NCBI GenBank assembly: GCA_030679995.1
Contig: JAUXSK010000006.1
Coordinates: 10,328 to 74,327 of the forward strand
DNA: 64,000 bases
Origin: Candidatus Moraniibacteriota bacterium
GTDB lineage: Bacteria > Patescibacteriota > Minisyncoccia > Moranbacterales > UBA2206
Direction of reading: 5' to 3'
The position numbers and the translations under genes are program-made. The notes under the pieces were generated by a model. It was given only the letters and a program-made list of their open reading frames with translations, did no database searches and was not told where the DNA came from. Positions 59,708-64,000 of the stretch are shown here, in pieces; position 1 is the stretch's first letter, and each line of letters begins with the position of its first letter.

Positions 59708-60937
59708 TTATAAAATTTTAATTATTCCATTATCCGCGTCTACTTCAACATATTCACCCGTCTTTAATATTTTCGTAGCATCTTTGACTCCAATAATACA
59801 AGGTATTTTAAATTCTCTGGAAACAATAGCGGCATGAGAGGTGATACCACCTGTTTCGGTTATGATTGCACTGGCCTTCCGCATAGCAGGTAAATATTCT
59901 ACTCCCGTATAAGGAACGATCAATATATCTCCACTTGCTATCATTTCTATGGCGCCAGCACTGTCTTGTGCAACTATTGCTCGTCCACTTGCCTTGCCTA
60001 ATGATGCGGTTTGTCCTCTTAATTCTTTAGTTTTTATTGCTGTTCCAATTTCTTTAAAATTACCTTTTTCTAAAAAATGTTTTGCTTCCGAACCTGAAAA
60101 AATATTTAATTTGTTATCTGGATAAAATAGTACTGTTAGAACATGCCTCTCGTCGATGATTTTTTTAATTTCTATTTTTTTATTAAGAGCTTCTTTGATT
60201 TCATTGATTTGCAAATATTCAATATCGTCAACTTCGCACCGCAGTCGATTTGCCAGTGACGCAAATAGATTTAGCAATTTTCGTTTTCGAGAGTCTAGCA
60301 GTTCCGAAACATCATCTTTTATGAAAGTTCCAACGCGCAGGATAGTGCTGAAATTTTTGTCCCGATCTGATAATTTTATTTTATCCTGCAAATCTGGCGA
60401 AGATATTTTTGCAAAACGACTTTCATGGATTGGCTGGGTGTAAAAAATAAAATTAGCGTTTATCTCACCAATATCATTGGAATACTTATGCAAATTAGTC
60501 AGAAAATCAGATCCTATTAAAGAACTAAATAGGTGCAGCAAGTTGCTCATAGCATCTAAAGTTGCTGCTTGTTTACGAACTACTTCCAAATCATCTATTA
60601 TCTCGGCATCGCTTATTTTTTTATATTCCTTCCGTTCCAGCGCAGATAGAGTGTCTCTTAGCTTAATTGAAGAACTTTCATATTGGGCCAGAATTTGATT
60701 TATCCATTTATCATTAGCAATCTTTTTTAATAAATTTTGCTTGAGTATTTCTAAATCATCTATTTTGCCGAATTTTTGTTGCCAGCCATTTTTTATGATG
60801 GACAAAATCCTATATCTGGAACCGCAAAGCTCTTCAAAATTTTGAAAAAACAACTCGTCAGCATAATTAAGCGCCGTCAGCGGCGGAAGCTGGTTGCTAA
60901 AAAGTAATTCGTATTTGCTATTTTGAAATGAAATCAT
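59708..60937 (-). CDS. PEP-utilising enzyme mobile (phospho-His swivel) domain protein, fifth paralogue
   Basis: GDILIV...[23 protein letters not shown]...VDADNG. Confidence 0.85.
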   Translation of the reverse strand: MISFQNSKYELLFSNQLPPLTALNYADELFFQNFEELCGSRYRILSIIKNGWQQKFGKIDDLEILKQNLLKKIANDKWINQILAQYESSSIKLRDTLSALERKEYKKISDAEIIDDLEVVRKQAATLDAMSNLLHLFSSLIGSDFLTNLHKYSNDIGEINANFIFYTQPIHESRFAKISSPDLQDKIKLSDRDKNFSTILRVGTFIKDDVSELLDSRKRKLLNLFASLANRLRCEVDDIEYLQINEIKEALNKKIEIKKIIDERHVLTVLFYPDNKLNIFSGSEAKHFLEKGNFKEIGTAIKTKELRGQTASLGKASGRAIVAQDSAGAIEMIASGDILIVPYTGVEYLPAMRKASAIITETGGITSHAAIVSREFKIPCIIGVKDATKILKTGEYVEVDADNGIIKIL

Positions 60938-60957
60938 AGCTTTTTTAATTCCAATCT

Positions 60958-61212
60958 TTATCTATGATATTTTTCCACCCACCACTTTTTCACCACCGGC
61001 AACGACAGTGTTGAAAGGATATAGCCGGCCACTGGCACGACGGCCTTGAGGTATGGGATGGTTTCATGGATGAGCATCATCCAAGAAAGCGCGACCACAT
61101 AGGTCACCGCCACGATAAAAATCCGGCGCGTCCAGCTGGTTTCCCAGGCTTTGTCCGACTCGACGCGTTCGTTTCTTTCTTTGATTATTTCGATTTCTTT
61201 TTCGATGTCCAT
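60958..61212 (-). CDS. small two-TM hypothetical protein
   Basis: ERNERVE.DKAWETSWTRR...LSTLSLP. Confidence 0.6.
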   Translation of the reverse strand: MDIEKEIEIIKERNERVESDKAWETSWTRRIFIVAVTYVVALSWMMLIHETIPYLKAVVPVAGYILSTLSLPVVKKWWVEKYHR

Positions 61213-61344
61213 ACTATGGTTCAAAAATACTTATTTATATCCCTATTCTATCCCATTCCCACCCAAAATTCAACGGTCAAATCACCGATTTAGCCGTTGA
61301 AGCGGCGATTGGCGGACAGTTCGCAAACTTGATAGAATAAGACT

Positions 61345-63360
61345 ATGGAAAAGCCTGTCAAAATCATCATTGATATCGTGCCGATCGCCCGGATTCCGCT
61401 GTCGCGGAACCAGTCTTTTTCGTATTTGTCGGACGCTGAAATCCCGACCGGTTCCTTGGTTTCCGTGCCGCTTTTCCGCCGGGTGACGGAAGGTATCGTG
61501 ACCGGCTATCGTCCGGATTTTGAACGGTTAGGCAACATTGAATTGAAAAAAGTCTCCGAAATCTTGGAAGAAAATTTCTTGGATGGAAAACAGATCGAGC
61601 TAGCGCAATTTATAAGCGACTATTACTTCTCTCCTCTAGGCATAGTCCTTAAATCTTTCATTCCGAAAAGAGTCAAGGCGCGGATCAAAAGGTCCGGCCT
61701 TAAAACCATTATGGCAATCTCCAAGGCCGGATCTTTGAGCGGTGCTCAGAAAATCATCCTTACTCCGGAACAAAAAAACGCTATCAAAAAAATAACTTCC
61801 GCTAATTTAAAATTCTTACTATATGGTCCGGCCGGCTCCGGAAAAACCGAAGTCTATATCGAATCGATCAAAAAACTTCCTAAAAACGGACAGGCCTTGA
61901 TCCTGTTACCGGAGCTCACGCTCACGCCGCAAGCTATCGAAAGATATGGCGAGCATTTCGGGGCTGACAACATCGCCGTGTTGACCAGTAAGATTTCCAA
62001 AGGCGAATATTATCGCCAATGGCAAAAAATCAAATCCGGCGAAACCAAGATAATCATCGGCACGCGTATGGCCGTTTTCGCGCCTTTCAAAAAACTCGGC
62101 TTGATCGTGGTCGATGAAGAACAAGATATGTCATACAAACAATGGGATATGAATCCGCGTTATGATGCGCGTACGGTAGCGGGAAAACTGGCAGAACTAC
62201 ACAAGAGTAAAATAATTTTCGGTTCCGCCACGCCCAGCGTCGAAACCTACCAGCAAACTCTCGGGCAAGAATTTGCGCTGGTCGAAATCCCCCACCTGAA
62301 AATTCCCGGCGCGCCGGAAAAGGATTATGACGGACCAGAGATCCTGATCGTGGATTTGAAAAAAGAGAAATGGGAAAAGAACCATTCCCCTATTTCGCGG
62401 AAACTACGCTCCGAAATCGCCTATGCTTTAAAAAATAAATTGCAGGTCATTTTATTCATCAACCGCCAAGGTATGAGCAGTTTTTCCATTTGCGCCGGTT
62501 GTAAGACGGTTTTGAAATGCCCTAGATGCGAAAAAGCCTTGATCTATGACAACAGCGGCGCCTACAAATGCACCAGTTGCACATACCGGACATCCATCAC
62601 CCCGGAATGCTCCAAATGCCGCGGCATCGCCTTCCAAAACATCGGTTTGGGTACGCAAAAAATCGAACGAGAAATTTCTGGGATGTTCGCCAGCGCACGA
62701 ATAGCCCGTATGGATAACCAAACGATGAAGGTTCCCAGCGCCCAAGAAAAAATTTACTACGATTTCGCGGAAGGCAAGATCGACATCCTAATCGGCACCC
62801 AGATGCTGACCAAAGGCTGGGACTTGCCGAATGTGGCTTTGATTGGTATAATTGACGCGGATAATATGTTGGCAATTCCCGATTTTTCCGTGAATTCCCG
62901 GGCTTTCCAGAACATCGTCCAGGTGGCCGGACGATCCAATCGGCCGCATGCCAGATTCCGCGGAATGGTCATCATCCAAACATTCAATCCCCTCCAGGAA
63001 CTTTTCCGTTTCGCGGCTGAGCGCGATTTCAAGCGATTTTTTGAAAAGGAAATCAAAGAAAGGGGTGATTTATCTCTGCCGCCGTTCGGCAAACTGATCA
63101 AATTGGTTTTCCAAGATTACGACAAAAAGAAGGTTTTCCGAGAGGCTGATCGGGTATACGGAATCTTAGCGGAAATCGATGACATGGCCGTTTCCATTTC
63201 CGAACCGCAAGATTCTTTCGTTGCCAATGTGCGCGGCCGCTACAGAAAACAGATTATCATCAAATTAAAAAATAAGACCGTCACCGAAAGAATCAGAGCT
63301 ATATTATCAAATTTACCTGCTGGCTGGATCATTGATGTCGATCCGATCAGCATAATATAA
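61345..63360 (+). CDS. priA: primosomal protein N' (replication restart helicase)
   Basis: GSGKTEVY, DEE, GSATP, four CxxC zinc knuckles, KGWD.PNV, QVAGR. Confidence 0.95.
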   Translation: MEKPVKIIIDIVPIARIPLSRNQSFSYLSDAEIPTGSLVSVPLFRRVTEGIVTGYRPDFERLGNIELKKVSEILEENFLDGKQIELAQFISDYYFSPLGIVLKSFIPKRVKARIKRSGLKTIMAISKAGSLSGAQKIILTPEQKNAIKKITSANLKFLLYGPAGSGKTEVYIESIKKLPKNGQALILLPELTLTPQAIERYGEHFGADNIAVLTSKISKGEYYRQWQKIKSGETKIIIGTRMAVFAPFKKLGLIVVDEEQDMSYKQWDMNPRYDARTVAGKLAELHKSKIIFGSATPSVETYQQTLGQEFALVEIPHLKIPGAPEKDYDGPEILIVDLKKEKWEKNHSPISRKLRSEIAYALKNKLQVILFINRQGMSSFSICAGCKTVLKCPRCEKALIYDNSGAYKCTSCTYRTSITPECSKCRGIAFQNIGLGTQKIEREISGMFASARIARMDNQTMKVPSAQEKIYYDFAEGKIDILIGTQMLTKGWDLPNVALIGIIDADNMLAIPDFSVNSRAFQNIVQVAGRSNRPHARFRGMVIIQTFNPLQELFRFAAERDFKRFFEKEIKERGDLSLPPFGKLIKLVFQDYDKKKVFREADRVYGILAEIDDMAVSISEPQDSFVANVRGRYRKQIIIKLKNKTVTERIRAILSNLPAGWIIDVDPISII

Positions 63361-63364
63361 AACT

Positions 63365-63841
63365 ATGCCTGAATTGAAAATAGTCAAATATCCGGACCCC
63401 ATCCTCTTAAAAAAAACCGAGCCAGTTAAAGATGCGAAAAAAACCTCCATCCAGAAACTCCTCGCCGATATGCTGGAAACTATGGAAAAAAACAACGGTG
63501 TCGGACTGGCCGCTCCGCAAGTCGGAAAATCCATACGCTTGTGCGTCATCCGCATCGATGATAAAATCTACAACCTGATAAATCCGCGCATCACCTTCAA
63601 ATCATATTTGAAAGAAGTTTGCGAAGAAGGCTGTCTTTCCTTCCCTGGCAAATTCATTCCAGTCAAACGGCACAAGAAAGTCCGCGTCAAAGCGCTCGAT
63701 GAAAACGGCGAAGAAGTGGCTATCAAAGCCGATGGTCTTCTATCACGCGCATTACAACATGAAATCGACCATTTGGACGGGAAATTATATATCGAGAAGG
63801 AAGTCAAGCTTCGAAAAAAATCCAAGCCGGTTAAAAAATAA
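63365..63841 (+). CDS. def: peptide deformylase
   Basis: [20 protein letters not shown]. Confidence 0.97.
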   Translation: MPELKIVKYPDPILLKKTEPVKDAKKTSIQKLLADMLETMEKNNGVGLAAPQVGKSIRLCVIRIDDKIYNLINPRITFKSYLKEVCEEGCLSFPGKFIPVKRHKKVRVKALDENGEEVAIKADGLLSRALQHEIDHLDGKLYIEKEVKLRKKSKPVKK

Positions 63842-63848
63842 TCCTTTT

Positions 63849-64000
63849 ATGTCAGAAAACAAAAAAAATCTACGCGTGGTTTTTATGGGCACTCCGGAAT
63901 TTTCCGCGACTATCCTGGCTTCCATCCGCGCTAACGGTTACAATGTCATCGGAGTTTTCACTCAACCGGACAAAAAAGTCGGCCGCAAACAAATTTTGGA
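63849..64000 (+). CDS. fmt: methionyl-tRNA formyltransferase, partial (runs off window)
   Basis: [19 protein letters not shown]...[13 protein letters not shown], following def. Confidence 0.92.
   Translation, partial: MSENKKNLRVVFMGTPEFSATILASIRANGYNVIGVFTQPDKKVGRKQIL

Overview
This is gene-dense, moderately AT-rich bacterial DNA with few Shine-Dalgarno sites. Gene content and style suggest a Patescibacteria/CPR genome, possibly Moranbacteria-like (inference only). From 1 to 24.9 kb lies a large cell-surface glycosylation locus: three tandem ArnT/PMT-like GT-C enzymes, a flippase, GT4 and GT2 enzymes, a nucleotide-sugar dehydrogenase, an O-antigen ligase and an LCP protein. This locus also holds a divergent RtcB, a thymidylate kinase-like gene and a small AT-rich accessory insert. 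From 26.3 to 36.4 kb is an operon-like cluster with one stand-alone ATP-grasp (PPDK/PEP-synthase N-terminal) gene and four paralogous 'variable N-terminus + phospho-His swivel' genes, interleaved with a SAM methyltransferase, a histidine phosphatase and two HAD hydrolases. A fifth swivel paralogue sits at 59.7-60.9 kb. From 36.4 to 50.1 kb are housekeeping genes (rplI, pyrG, rpmA, pyrH, Cas4/RecB-like nuclease, iscR-iscS-iscU, two M23 peptidases, gltX, ribH, ribE, riboflavin kinase). From 50.2 to 57 kb is a tandem array of six divergent methyltransferases of the same unusual LG(S/A)TPExR family, downstream of a PLP enzyme. The window ends with tagA/wecB, thpR, a NUDIX gene, priA, def and partial fmt. 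The best candidate for an undescribed system is a split, one-to-many dikinase (rifampin-phosphotransferase/phenylphosphate-synthase-like) small-molecule modification system, coupled to an expanded methyltransferase family and phosphatases. No tRNA, rRNA, CRISPR array or transposase was recognised.
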